A stretch of DNA of 64,000 nucleotides from contig JANRIN010000137.1 of the NCBI GenBank assembly GCA_033764965.1, positions 6,212 through 70,211 on the forward strand, in the 5' to 3' direction. Every line of letters starts with the position of its first letter. The first letter of the stretch is position 1. Under the pieces are notes generated by a model. The model was not told where the DNA came from, did no database searches, and was given only the letters and a program-made list of their open reading frames with translations. Of this stretch, positions 30,914 through 39,992 are shown piece after piece. Made by a program: the position numbers and the translations under genes. Origin of the DNA: Leptolyngbyaceae cyanobacterium bins.302 (GTDB lineage Bacteria > Cyanobacteriota > Cyanobacteriia > Leptolyngbyales > Leptolyngbyaceae).

Positions 30914-33900
30914 ATGAAAACAGAACGACTTAAGGACGGCGGACTATCGATTCCAACCTGTACCAGGCTGGCAGATGGTAATCGGCGTTGGTTGGAGCCG
31001 ACGATCGTGCGTCACTCGATTCTGGAGGCACTGCTGTCACCCCCAGAGCTGGAGTCGCTGCTGCTGGTGAAGCTAGATCGAGCCACAGCAGAGACAGAGA
31101 ACGCTCATCAGTTACTCAAACCCAGTCGGTTTGGCGATGGAGTTGCCCGTTATCTCACCTTTAGCTCAGACGGTAATTTCTACTTTGCCGATCGCCAACT
31201 GAAAGCGAAACTTGACCCATTTTTCACCGCCAGGGATACTGCCTGTCGTTATGGCTCTCTACCCGTCAGCGATTGCTACAAGGGAGTCGTGGCGGTGAAA
31301 GGCTTGCGGGTCAAGGTGGTGGACTTTAAGAATGATCGAGATGCGGCGTTTGAATCAGAAGACTGCCACGGCAAGCTGTCAACGTCGTGTTTTCAGCAGT
31401 TACAAAAGCTGGGCTTAAAGGGGTCAGCCAATCGTCCGTTTCAGTTTCGACTTGCTTATCAACCTGAGTCTTCCATGCCTCACGATGCGCCTAATCAGGC
31501 ATTTCTGGCAAAGGGCACTTTCATGGTGGATGATGCCGTGATGAACGGGTACGACGTGATTCTAGATCGGTCTGCGATTAAGGGATTGAACTCCACTTTT
31601 CCCTGCGGCGATTATGTGCTGCCAACGGCGACGATCGGCGATCGGGCTAATGCTCAACACATTCCCTACCGCAATAGCTGGCAGTTCTCGATGTGGTTCT
31701 CCAAGGAGGCAGTGTTGGCGGACTTCCTCAAACCGACCCTCAAATTGGTGGACGAACTGACGGCACGACAGCGTGATCCTCTTTCCCTGGCACGGTACCT
31801 GGTGGAACGCAGCGATCAACGGACAGCCACTCTAAATGGTGGTTCTGATCCGACAGATTTGGAGGAAGGAGGGGACGAAACTCGTACTGAGTCTCGCATG
31901 ATTTCTTTACTACGGGCTGACACTTTGGGGCTGTTATGCAAAGCACCTAAAGTTGTGGACTTTTTGCAACAACAAACCGCAGAAGCGTGGCAGAATGCCG
32001 CAATTAACGGCGGCTATTTGCACAATTCTGGGATGGCGATGCCGATTCCCAAAAGCCACGACCTACCGCGTGGTGTGGTCTGTGCGCCCCATCTGCCGGA
32101 AGGAGAGGTAATCATTACTCGCTTGCCAATTATCTCCTCCGACAATATCCGCCGCTACGAAAATCGCCATATTCCCAAATTGAGCCAATACAAAGGCTGT
32201 GTCTGGGTGCATCCGCAAGACTGGCAGGAGCATCACCAGGGCGACTTTGATGGCGACCAGGTGGTGGTGGACTCTGCCCGACACCTGCCCCATATTGCCA
32301 AAGAAACGTTACGGGCAGGTGAATCAGGTCGATTCCCACCTATTGCTAAGCGTGATAAGGTGCCCTACACGGCGGTTCGAGATCAGCAGGGAGACTATGT
32401 TTACGACACGCTGTCTAAAGTGGCGGTGGCAGCCTACTGCAACAATGACATCGGGCGAGTCGCGACGGCGATCGGGCGGGTGCATACGGCATTACCAACG
32501 GTTGAGCAAGCGGCATCGACAGCGGGATTGAAACTGTTCGGGCGACAGCAGCAGCAATTATTGATGGATTTGATGGGAGCATTGCAGGTGGCAGTGGATG
32601 GTCCTAAAAGTGCGGAGCGGGTGGAGGATGTCTATCCCAATCTGCTGAAGGATGTTCGTTCCTGGGCAACGGAGCATCCCTCGCCCTTTTTCGACTACTA
32701 CAAGCATCCCAATCTCTATCGCACCTTTGCCCTACCGACTGGGGTAGCGGGACAGTCAGAGACCCCAGCGGTAAGTGCCTTAGCCGAAGCGGTGAATGGA
32801 CGATGGGAATCGGTGAAGTTACAAGCCTACACTCGTGAACATTTTCGTGGCTTGTTTGGCGATACGCGGGGCGTGGATGTCAACATCCTGGACTATGCCG
32901 AAGAACTGAAGGCGCGATTGAATCGAGACATGGGTGAACTGCGAGAACAGACTGGAGAGAATGACCAGTCGTTCAAAGAAGCGATTTCGATCCTGTATGA
33001 CTCGTACCGAGCAGAGATTCATGAGATGTTTGAGACTGAAACCGAGAAGGAACAGGTAGCATTGGCAATCTGGGATATTGCCCATCGACGAGATGATTTG
33101 ACCCGGGAACGACAGGCATCGTTGGAGGTGGCAGAAGGTTTACCCGTGCTGTTTGAGCAAGGCTCCTACGAGTTACCGGGTGTGCCGTTTGAGCTAGACG
33201 CTCACATCTTGACAGTGCCGTTTGATCGGGCAGAGTCTTGGTGCGATCGCCTGGATGGATGGGAAGTGTACTACGATGCGGTAATTCCAAGGGATTTGCC
33301 TGTGGTGGATTTTGTCATGTCAAATCTATCAGTCGAACAATTGGCAGCGATCGCACTGGAGACATCGCAATCGTTGCCTGTGACATTTGGACAGCAGGAG
33401 TATGACCTGGATGGGGATGGGTTTACTCAGTCCTATGAGGTGTTGACAGTGCCCAGACACAAAGCGCCGGGGTGGATTGAGAAGTTAGCGGCAAATGGAA
33501 TTACTGCTGAGGTCATGGAAAATTCGCAGTCTCCAGCCGCGATCGAGTTGGTGTTACCCCATCTGGTTGAGGGGAATGCCGAAAGGCTAGAAGCGCGATT
33601 TGGACAGAATCGCATTCCAGACCGATTGAGCCTGTACGGACAAGTGCCCCCTGATTTGCGAATCACACCTTCGCCAGAGTTGGCAGCCCGAACCCAGTCA
33701 GAGGTGATGCAGGGTAAGGCATCGCTGGCGTATCTGCTAATGACCGAGCAGATTTGCAAGCTGCTGGAGGATCACCAGGTTGACCAGATTCGCGTGATTG
33801 GCTTGCGGCACAATGACTACGCAAATCAAAACTTTGACCGCTGGCAGGGTCTGGCTCGATCGTTCTCTGTAGTAGCGATGGAAATGGAGCCAAATCACCC

Positions 33901-34216
33901 TCAGTATCACCGCTATAACGGGGTTCCAGCAATTCAGGTGCAGGGCGGTGGCGTGTTGGGCGTGTTTGCACCGGAGTCCGCCAAACTCCCAATCGGAACT
34001 CAGTTTATTGCAACGGTTGGAGATGCAACCCGGTCAGCGCTGTCACTGGATATAGAGCCGAGTTCAGTCCGGCTTGTAGAACCAGGGCAGGAATTAGAGT
34101 CTGTCCAAAAATCTCAGGTGACGGTTGTGGAGTTGACGGGTACAAGGGAGAGGGGCGAGCTCAGACAACCAGCAAAATCAAGAGGGCGATCGCGATCTGC
34201 TGACCACGAACTTTAG
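30914..34216 (+). CDS. Single-subunit two-barrel (DPBB) RNA polymerase-like protein, RdRP/YonO-related
   Basis: Motifs in RdRP order: D150CHGKLS, FQ177FR...AK200G, GEVIITR403LP, GD444FDGD448, NNDIGRV, A560VDGPK. Confidence 0.85.
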   Translation: MKTERLKDGGLSIPTCTRLADGNRRWLEPTIVRHSILEALLSPPELESLLLVKLDRATAETENAHQLLKPSRFGDGVARYLTFSSDGNFYFADRQLKAKLDPFFTARDTACRYGSLPVSDCYKGVVAVKGLRVKVVDFKNDRDAAFESEDCHGKLSTSCFQQLQKLGLKGSANRPFQFRLAYQPESSMPHDAPNQAFLAKGTFMVDDAVMNGYDVILDRSAIKGLNSTFPCGDYVLPTATIGDRANAQHIPYRNSWQFSMWFSKEAVLADFLKPTLKLVDELTARQRDPLSLARYLVERSDQRTATLNGGSDPTDLEEGGDETRTESRMISLLRADTLGLLCKAPKVVDFLQQQTAEAWQNAAINGGYLHNSGMAMPIPKSHDLPRGVVCAPHLPEGEVIITRLPIISSDNIRRYENRHIPKLSQYKGCVWVHPQDWQEHHQGDFDGDQVVVDSARHLPHIAKETLRAGESGRFPPIAKRDKVPYTAVRDQQGDYVYDTLSKVAVAAYCNNDIGRVATAIGRVHTALPTVEQAASTAGLKLFGRQQQQLLMDLMGALQVAVDGPKSAERVEDVYPNLLKDVRSWATEHPSPFFDYYKHPNLYRTFALPTGVAGQSETPAVSALAEAVNGRWESVKLQAYTREHFRGLFGDTRGVDVNILDYAEELKARLNRDMGELREQTGENDQSFKEAISILYDSYRAEIHEMFETETEKEQVALAIWDIAHRRDDLTRERQASLEVAEGLPVLFEQGSYELPGVPFELDAHILTVPFDRAESWCDRLDGWEVYYDAVIPRDLPVVDFVMSNLSVEQLAAIALETSQSLPVTFGQQEYDLDGDGFTQSYEVLTVPRHKAPGWIEKLAANGITAEVMENSQSPAAIELVLPHLVEGNAERLEARFGQNRIPDRLSLYGQVPPDLRITPSPELAARTQSEVMQGKASLAYLLMTEQICKLLEDHQVDQIRVIGLRHNDYANQNFDRWQGLARSFSVVAMEMEPNHPQYHRYNGVPAIQVQGGGVLGVFAPESAKLPIGTQFIATVGDATRSALSLDIEPSSVRLVEPGQELESVQKSQVTVVELTGTRERGELRQPAKSRGRSRSADHEL

Positions 34217-34221
34217 CCAAT

Positions 34222-34467
34222 TTATGTAACTTGATCAGAGTTTAAAGGCAAACCGATTTGAGGTTTGCAGTCCGTAAACGTCAATGAATCAGGATCTAGG
34301 AAATCTGCTAACGCCATCTCCAAGACCAATTCAATGGCATAGTCAGTTTGTTTGGCATGATTCAAATAAGCATCACGGATGTGATCAGGTAAGACTGCCA
34401 ACAACATCAATGCAGCATCGTGGCTAAGATGCCTCTTATCTGTCTGTGGAAGAGTCTGCATGGTCAC
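34222..34467 (-). CDS. Small hypothetical protein
   Basis: 81-aa ATG ORF following the GIY-YIG gene; IELVLEMALADFLDPDSLTFTDC pattern looks like a real small cyanobacterial protein. Confidence 0.6.
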   Translation of the reverse strand: MTMQTLPQTDKRHLSHDAALMLLAVLPDHIRDAYLNHAKQTDYAIELVLEMALADFLDPDSLTFTDCKPQIGLPLNSDQVT

Positions 34468-34472
34468 GACCT

Positions 34473-34865
34473 CTAGTTTCTACTAGGATACTTCGCATTG
34501 TAAGGGGGCTGCGTGGCATGAATCAAAATGCTCTCTAACTCGTCTCCCAATTTTAGAACATCCATCATCGACAGGGGTACAAACGCGATTGCAACGTCCC
34601 GATGGTCATAGTCATCTAACCATGACCAAGTGCAAGCTTTATGCCCACCTCGAAATCGCTCTCGCAATTTCTTTGCTTTACCAAGGTAGAGTAGCCCATG
34701 CTGCCGATGTCTGACCGCATACAGTCCAGGCGACAGTGGAAGAGCTTGAAACTCACGAGCAATCGATGCACAGGATTCAAAAGATACTGATAAGAGTGCT
34801 TGCAGCATTTCTTTCGCTTGCTCTTGGATTTCACTCAAAATTAACTCCTCCCTGACTCCTCTCAA
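34473..34865 (-). CDS. GIY-YIG nuclease family protein
   Basis: PGLYAV...LLYLGKAKKLRERF motif and C-terminal LE..LI....PPYN; start codon uncertain. Confidence 0.8.
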   Translation of the reverse strand: MRGVREELILSEIQEQAKEMLQALLSVSFESCASIAREFQALPLSPGLYAVRHRQHGLLYLGKAKKLRERFRGGHKACTWSWLDDYDHRDVAIAFVPLSMMDVLKLGDELESILIHATQPPYNAKYPSRN

Positions 34866-34873
34866 GTTCGTCA

Positions 34874-34927
34874 GCGTCTTGAGTATTTAAATCCTGCCTC
34901 TGGAAGAATAATCAGCCTGTAGCTCAT
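34874..34927 (-). pseudogene. ParE/RelE toxin N-terminal remnant
   Basis: ATG overlaps the antitoxin stop (ATGA) and reads MSYRLIILPEAG, then stops after 18 codons. A shifted frame gives DLNTQDADE, resembling the ParE helix 1 continuation. Confidence 0.6.
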
Positions 34928-35151
34928 TGGCAGAAGCCAAATCGTTGCTTGACTTCTTTCCATGTTGAACCAATAGCTGGATCTTGCCCATAGCGTTCTA
35001 GTCGCTGATCAAGCTCCTGCTTTTGGGCATTGGTTAAGGGAAGTTCGTCTTGTTGCTCCAGGATGCTGTCCCAAAGATCCTCGACGAGTTGAATACGTTC
35101 AGCAATGCCCAGTTGAGCGATTTCAATTTTCAGGAGCGGGTGATTGCTCAT
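34924..35151 (-). CDS. Addiction-module antitoxin (TIGR02574-like)
   Basis: ERIQLVEDLWDSI...LTNAQKQELDQRLERY....GSTWKEVKQR signature. Confidence 0.85.
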   Translation of the reverse strand: MSNHPLLKIEIAQLGIAERIQLVEDLWDSILEQQDELPLTNAQKQELDQRLERYGQDPAIGSTWKEVKQRFGFCQ

Positions 35152-35264
35152 GATGGCTTCATTCAGACTATCGCTTCGATTTTAAGGTGAATTTGGGCGA
35201 TCGCCGAATTCAGACTGCGACTCTAGCTGGGACTCAACCCTCTCCAAGCTAGATCTCACTCCAT

Positions 35265-36113
35265 TTACACGGCGCGAATCTCCACCTCTCCTCCCTGAAG
35301 CCCTTGAACGATAGCAGCTTGAGTAGTGTATTCAGATTGCATTGTCCCACTGGTCAGGTCAAAATAGGTTGCCAGTCGCTTCAGCTTGCCAGTCAACAGT
35401 TCCGCTAGCATCTGCGCCATGACGATCGCGCTTTGGGGATTCACCAGTAGTCCTTGCTCATCCAGCTTGGCGACTTCAGCACAGGATAGCGGTGGATGGC
35501 TTGGTTTCACGACTGGATCAAGCAGCAGGTTAGGCGCTTGAATCGAAGGGGCAGGTAATCTCAAGCAACCAAGCTCCGGGTGAAATTGGAAATCATTGGG
35601 ATTAGTTGAGAGAGTTGAGCCAAGCAGCACTTGACCAGAGTGGTGATGATTGCCACCGTCGAGCCACCAGGCATTGGGGGTATCGCGACCATGATTCGCT
35701 AAATCTAACGCCTGTGCCAGTTCCCGTCGAGCCGCACCGTTATCAACGCAGCCCAGCAGCACCGTCAGGGCAGTACGCGCCACCCAATGCCCTTTGAACG
35801 GTTCTGGAATCGCTCTAATCGGCAATCCCCAGGCAAGGGAGTAGCGAGCCGCCAATACCTGAGCTTTATTCAGTCCCACGTCTGCCTCACAAAAACATTG
35901 GCGCGTAATATTCCTGGCTTCTACAAAGTCCGGGTCAACGAAGGTGAGGTCAACAGATTTGCCAGCCTCAATTAATTCTTGAACGATGCGGCATACCAGT
36001 TGTACCAGAAATGAGCCTGTACCGCCACAGCCAACAACCCACAAATGCAAATGGCTATGAGGTTTGAGAACAACAGGCATTGCAACCAGCAAGTCTTCAT
36101 TGAGAGATAGCAT
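35265..36113 (-). CDS. ThiF/E1-like ubiquitin-activating enzyme (PRTRC cassette)
   Basis: VVGCGGTGS, FVDPDFVEARNITRQ, GLNKAQVLAAR, GCVDNGAAR, WLDGGN, LSCAE. Confidence 0.88.
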   Translation of the reverse strand: MLSLNEDLLVAMPVVLKPHSHLHLWVVGCGGTGSFLVQLVCRIVQELIEAGKSVDLTFVDPDFVEARNITRQCFCEADVGLNKAQVLAARYSLAWGLPIRAIPEPFKGHWVARTALTVLLGCVDNGAARRELAQALDLANHGRDTPNAWWLDGGNHHHSGQVLLGSTLSTNPNDFQFHPELGCLRLPAPSIQAPNLLLDPVVKPSHPPLSCAEVAKLDEQGLLVNPQSAIVMAQMLAELLTGKLKRLATYFDLTSGTMQSEYTTQAAIVQGLQGGEVEIRAV

Positions 36114-36760
36114 CAGACTTCCCTCCGATTAGAAACATCCTCCACAAAGCTATCTCCACTCAACTCAAAGATTGAGGTCGCTGGGATTTGCCAGAAATGC
36201 CCAAACAATCCGACTCGGAATTGCATTTCGGGGCGAACACTACGCACCTTGCCGAATACCCCATAGATCCGAAAACCATGACATTCATCCGCGTCATCGG
36301 TTGATGAAAAGTAAGCTGGCATCTGATGATGGGAGTGTACCTCAATCACGGCTTGAGTGGCGGATGAAGTGCTATCCGTATGAAGTGGACAGCAATGAGC
36401 CGCACTTTGCTCTTGTTCGGGGACAATCAATTGCCACTCTCTTTCTACCCATAGCAGATGGAATAGAATTTCCAGCGGATGAGCAGGATCAGCACACGCC
36501 TGACACGATCGCCGCCACATTTCAATCAGCAGGGCTTCGGGAACTTTGGGGGTGACTGTCACAAACGGAGTCAGAGTTGCCAAGCCTTTGAGCGATTGAG
36601 TGTGGGCGACTGGCAGCAGAACTTCCAATCCCGGTCGCACGGCTCTGGCAAAAATTCCATTGCTGCCAACCAGGTATTCTAGTCTACTGCTTGTGTAGGT
36701 CGGTAACGGCAACGCTTGAACAAATCTGTAACCAATCAACTCTGTGCTTAATTCAGTCAT
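36113..36760 (-). CDS. JAB/MPN metallopeptidase (PRTRC protein A-like)
   Basis: E...EVHSHHQMPAYFSSTDDADE JAMM motif; FRIYGVFG and RVGLFGHF. Confidence 0.88.
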   Translation of the reverse strand: MTELSTELIGYRFVQALPLPTYTSSRLEYLVGSNGIFARAVRPGLEVLLPVAHTQSLKGLATLTPFVTVTPKVPEALLIEMWRRSCQACADPAHPLEILFHLLWVEREWQLIVPEQEQSAAHCCPLHTDSTSSATQAVIEVHSHHQMPAYFSSTDDADECHGFRIYGVFGKVRSVRPEMQFRVGLFGHFWQIPATSIFELSGDSFVEDVSNRREV

Positions 36761-37511
36761 GGTCTACTCCAATGATATGATCCACCCATCGTTCGACTGT
36801 GCAGGTGGGGTGTCCCATCGGCAGCAGATCATTAACTGGGTAGGTCTTGCGTGAGTGCAGGCTTTCAAGTTGGGTACACACATTGCTCGAATGCTCTCTA
36901 GATTTGCCCATTGTCAGGTGGGTGTTGAAAGGACTGGTAATGAACAAGTCCCAGGCAGGTGCGATCGTCTGAGGAGAGGCGACCGGAGGTTGATTGCTAC
37001 CCCAACAAATTTGTCCAGCGTCGTAAACGTTGGGCAGAGGGGCGTGATAGCAACGAGTCGACTGGTCAAAGTTTTTGGCGGCGATCGCGCAGATTCGATA
37101 GGTTTGCTCCACACCGATCAGGATCATTCCAGGCAGTGGAGCCGTCAGACGGGTGTGGTCTTTCAGGGACAAGGTGTGCTTACCGGGTGGAATCCACAGG
37201 ACTGCCCAACTGCCTGCCACATTATGTCCATGCCGCACCACTCGCACGGTTGCGGGCAGCATCCAATCGGAGTCCGAGGTTTGGGTATTGAAGGCGGCGC
37301 TGATAGTCGCGGGGGATAGGCACTTGTAGGTGTAGGTTTCAGGATGATTGTGGTTGCGGCGTTGGTAGAAGTATCTGCCTTTGGAGATGAGGATAGTGGC
37401 ATCGAGTTCTTTCCAGCCTTGCAAGGGATTGGAGAGCAAATCTCGCAGCAGTTGGGTTTCAATGACTTGTAAGTCCGTTGGGTTCAGGGTTTGGGATAGG
37501 GTTGGTTCCAT
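36753..37511 (-). CDS. Prokaryotic E2-like protein (PRTRC protein B-like)
   Basis: PLPGMIL...YHAPLPNVYDAGQICWGSN...F..SPFN motif with candidate catalytic Cys; ATG at 37511 preferred over 37661. Confidence 0.82.
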   Translation of the reverse strand: MEPTLSQTLNPTDLQVIETQLLRDLLSNPLQGWKELDATILISKGRYFYQRRNHNHPETYTYKCLSPATISAAFNTQTSDSDWMLPATVRVVRHGHNVAGSWAVLWIPPGKHTLSLKDHTRLTAPLPGMILIGVEQTYRICAIAAKNFDQSTRCYHAPLPNVYDAGQICWGSNQPPVASPQTIAPAWDLFITSPFNTHLTMGKSREHSSNVCTQLESLHSRKTYPVNDLLPMGHPTCTVERWVDHIIGVDHD

Positions 37512-38305
37512 AGATCCAGCACTTTTTGAAAGCGAGGGGTTAAATCCTGGTTGAGCCATCCGAAAAACTCCTGGCACAGGGACAGATAGCGACTGGCTCG
37601 GTGCCACTCCCGCTCCAGGTATCGCAAGGAGTCTGCTGTCCAGGGCAGGGTAGTTTCGCATTCGTAGCCGTAGAAGGCTTCATTGTTCGTCACATCCAGC
37701 CACAGGTTGCCCGTGGCTTTTTCCAGCACAGCCAGTGCCATTGGCAGGAATTTCAGGGGCGAAATGAGCGAGTTACAATGGCGACGCAGGTGCTTGAGCG
37801 ACACGCGATCCGGGTGTTGAATGGCATCCAATCCAATATCAGTTTCGGTCTCGTACCACTCTCGACCATCAGGATCAACCGATTGCAGCCAGTAGCGCCC
37901 GTCTCGTGTGAGAGGCAGCAGGACTTTCCACTCTGGTTTGAGCACTTCGATCGCGCCTTCTTCACGCCAGTCAATCCCCATGTCAACCAGGGGAAAGCGA
38001 GGGAGCAGGCAGTCTTCGGCACGATCGATCATCCACCAGGACACTGGAAGTTTTTGCTCAAGCCACTTGAAAAACTCCAGGTCGCGATCGCTGTGAGTTT
38101 CATCCTCATCTCTGTACTTGGGATAGACCGATGCTCGACTGCTGGCAAATTTTTGAGGAAAGAAGGTCTGGTAGAGTTCCAGCAGGCGATAGGTCAGGAG
38201 GCGACGTTGCAGAAATTCCAGGGCAGGGGAGCGATCAGTCACCATGCCACTCTGGAAGGAGCGCAGCCGATAAACGGCATCCTGAGAGTTTGTAGGAATC
38301 GTCAT
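37484..38305 (-). CDS. Hypothetical protein in PRTRC cassette (protein F position)
   Basis: 273-aa ORF coupled to neighbours; TGNLWLD and LPWT..LRYL..EW motifs. Confidence 0.65.
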   Translation of the reverse strand: MTIPTNSQDAVYRLRSFQSGMVTDRSPALEFLQRRLLTYRLLELYQTFFPQKFASSRASVYPKYRDEDETHSDRDLEFFKWLEQKLPVSWWMIDRAEDCLLPRFPLVDMGIDWREEGAIEVLKPEWKVLLPLTRDGRYWLQSVDPDGREWYETETDIGLDAIQHPDRVSLKHLRRHCNSLISPLKFLPMALAVLEKATGNLWLDVTNNEAFYGYECETTLPWTADSLRYLEREWHRASRYLSLCQEFFGWLNQDLTPRFQKVLDLWNQPYPKP

Positions 38306-38307
38306 GG

Positions 38308-38757
38308 CTAGAATCCAACTGGAATTATCGAGGCGGCGGGAGCGGCATCAAGGCGTTCCAGGGTTTGTTTAACCTGCTGTCGCCATTGGTCGGATTGAGC
38401 GATCGCGGTTTCAATCTGGTGACTCAAAGACCTGGCATTTTCGGGATTCAGTCCTTGCATAAGTTCAAGCTGTTGCAGGGCAATGCAGGCAACGATCGCC
38501 GGGTCAAGTTCGATCGTTGCCGTATCCAGCAGAACCAGAACTTCTGGAGCGGGTTGATGCCCTTTAGTACCTTTGCGGGGAACGATTTGGATACTGCCGT
38601 TGTCACGTTTGATCTCAGCTTCTGCAAACTTGGGATGCAGCACTTTGAACAGTTCGCGCAGTAGCTCGTCACTCTGAGCAATACTTTGTTTGACCCAGTG
38701 CTGCTGCTGTTCAAGCAACACCAGAACTTTTGGTTCATCAGGGGTTATCATCATCAA
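38308..38757 (-). CDS. Ubiquitin-like protein (PRTRC protein C-like) with C-terminal extension
   Basis: P.FAEAEI....IQIVPRKGTKG at about residue 66 resembles the GTKG terminus of PRTRC C proteins, followed by about 83 extra residues. Confidence 0.6.
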   Translation of the reverse strand: MMMITPDEPKVLVLLEQQQHWVKQSIAQSDELLRELFKVLHPKFAEAEIKRDNGSIQIVPRKGTKGHQPAPEVLVLLDTATIELDPAIVACIALQQLELMQGLNPENARSLSHQIETAIAQSDQWRQQVKQTLERLDAAPAASIIPVGF

Positions 38758-39326
38758 AATAGTTTGATTTGGGTGGAGGGTTTAGAGGTTGCGAACGTTG
38801 GCACTGGCGTGGCTGTGGCTGGTTTAAGAGGCACAGGACGATTTGTAGGTCTCTGTTCTTTCGATTGCTGTTGTTGATAGCGTAATTTGCGGATGGGTAG
38901 ATCCGCTTTTAGCTCATCCAGCAGTGCTAGCAGTGGGGCGGGAAGTGCATCCAGTTGAGTTACCGCTATCAGGTCAGAAACAGGAAAATCATCGTAACTG
39001 GTGGCGCTGATCAACACTTTCCCCTCCTGACCATCAGTGGAAGGTAGCCAGAGAATTTCTAATCGAATTGGGGTGTTGTTCCAGGTATAAGTACGATCGC
39101 TGACTTCATTGCTAGTCTTTGCTTGAGATGATCCTGGTTGAACAGGTTCTAATTGCTGCAAGTAGGCAGTTTCACCGCTCTCTCGACGATCGCGATCGTA
39201 CAACAGTCCATATTTATGAAACTGTTTCTCCGGATTTGCTTTCAGGCAATCCTGTAGAATAGTAATGTCGGTTTGGGTAACTTCAGCCGCAGCTTGAAGC
39301 GTGAGCCATTGGTTGAGTGTGGTCAT
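38754..39326 (-). CDS. Hypothetical protein (PRTRC protein E position) ending in QIKLF
   Basis: First gene of the cassette; Pro/Thr/Ala-rich tail with terminal LF. Confidence 0.55.
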   Translation of the reverse strand: MTTLNQWLTLQAAAEVTQTDITILQDCLKANPEKQFHKYGLLYDRDRRESGETAYLQQLEPVQPGSSQAKTSNEVSDRTYTWNNTPIRLEILWLPSTDGQEGKVLISATSYDDFPVSDLIAVTQLDALPAPLLALLDELKADLPIRKLRYQQQQSKEQRPTNRPVPLKPATATPVPTFATSKPSTQIKLF

Positions 39327-39341
39327 AGACGGAATGAAATG

Positions 39342-39373
39342 AAAAAGGGCATCAGTAGTGAGTCTTGATGCCC
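39342..39373 (-). terminator. Intrinsic terminator after Gp157-like gene
   Basis: GGGCATCA-N11-TGATGCCC stem followed by T5 on the minus strand. Confidence 0.6.
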
Positions 39374-39386
39374 AGGAATTTGATGC

Positions 39387-39992
39387 TTAAACCGATGCCT
39401 TCATGCGTTCCAGACTGGTAGGAGCAAGTTCATACACCACTTTCCGCCTCCGTTCTACCTGAGTTCCAGGGACGGGAATACCCTGCTTCCAGGCATCTTT
39501 GACAGCGGCTTTATCGACTCGCTGTTCTTCCACAACTTTGACGGTGATGTAGTCGGCGGGAACCTGGCTCATGTCCAACACTTCACAGGCAGGTGGATTG
39601 AGTTTGATCCGAATCCGGCGCTGTTGTCCGGCGGCTTCAGAAGCAATCAGTCCCGATTCGTTCAGTTGCAACACTGTTCGATCCAGACTTGCCCGCCAAC
39701 GAGTCAGGCGATCGATTTCAGCCACATGGATCTTGACCAGATGTTCCATTCTGGCTTTGATGGCAGCAAGTTCGGCATCGATTTGATCTGCGAGTTCAGC
39801 GTGGGCATCGATCGCGGCTTCCTGACTGTCTTGCAGGAGCCAGAGTTGTTCTAGCACTTCGATTTCTTGCTCTGGTGTTTCAGCCCCGTTCAAGTGTCGC
39901 CAAGTTTGCGCGGCTAGAATGCTGATGCCTTTAAGCGATCGCAGAGCAATAGAGGGTGGAATTGTTTTCGGCATCGTTACCACCTCCCGCAC
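39387..39992 (-). CDS. Siphovirus Gp157-family protein
   Basis: Coiled-coil N-terminus, then NPP...D...VPADY......VDKAAVKDAWKQG..VPG signature; true start may be the internal MPKT. Confidence 0.8.
   Translation of the reverse strand: MREVVTMPKTIPPSIALRSLKGISILAAQTWRHLNGAETPEQEIEVLEQLWLLQDSQEAAIDAHAELADQIDAELAAIKARMEHLVKIHVAEIDRLTRWRASLDRTVLQLNESGLIASEAAGQQRRIRIKLNPPACEVLDMSQVPADYITVKVVEEQRVDKAAVKDAWKQGIPVPGTQVERRRKVVYELAPTSLERMKASV

Noticed and set aside
33404-33418. Second DxDGD (DLDGD) in the RNAP-like protein as another active site
   Set aside because: It lies in the second copy of the tandem repeat, where the first copy reads ELPGV, and it lacks the surrounding barrel motifs.
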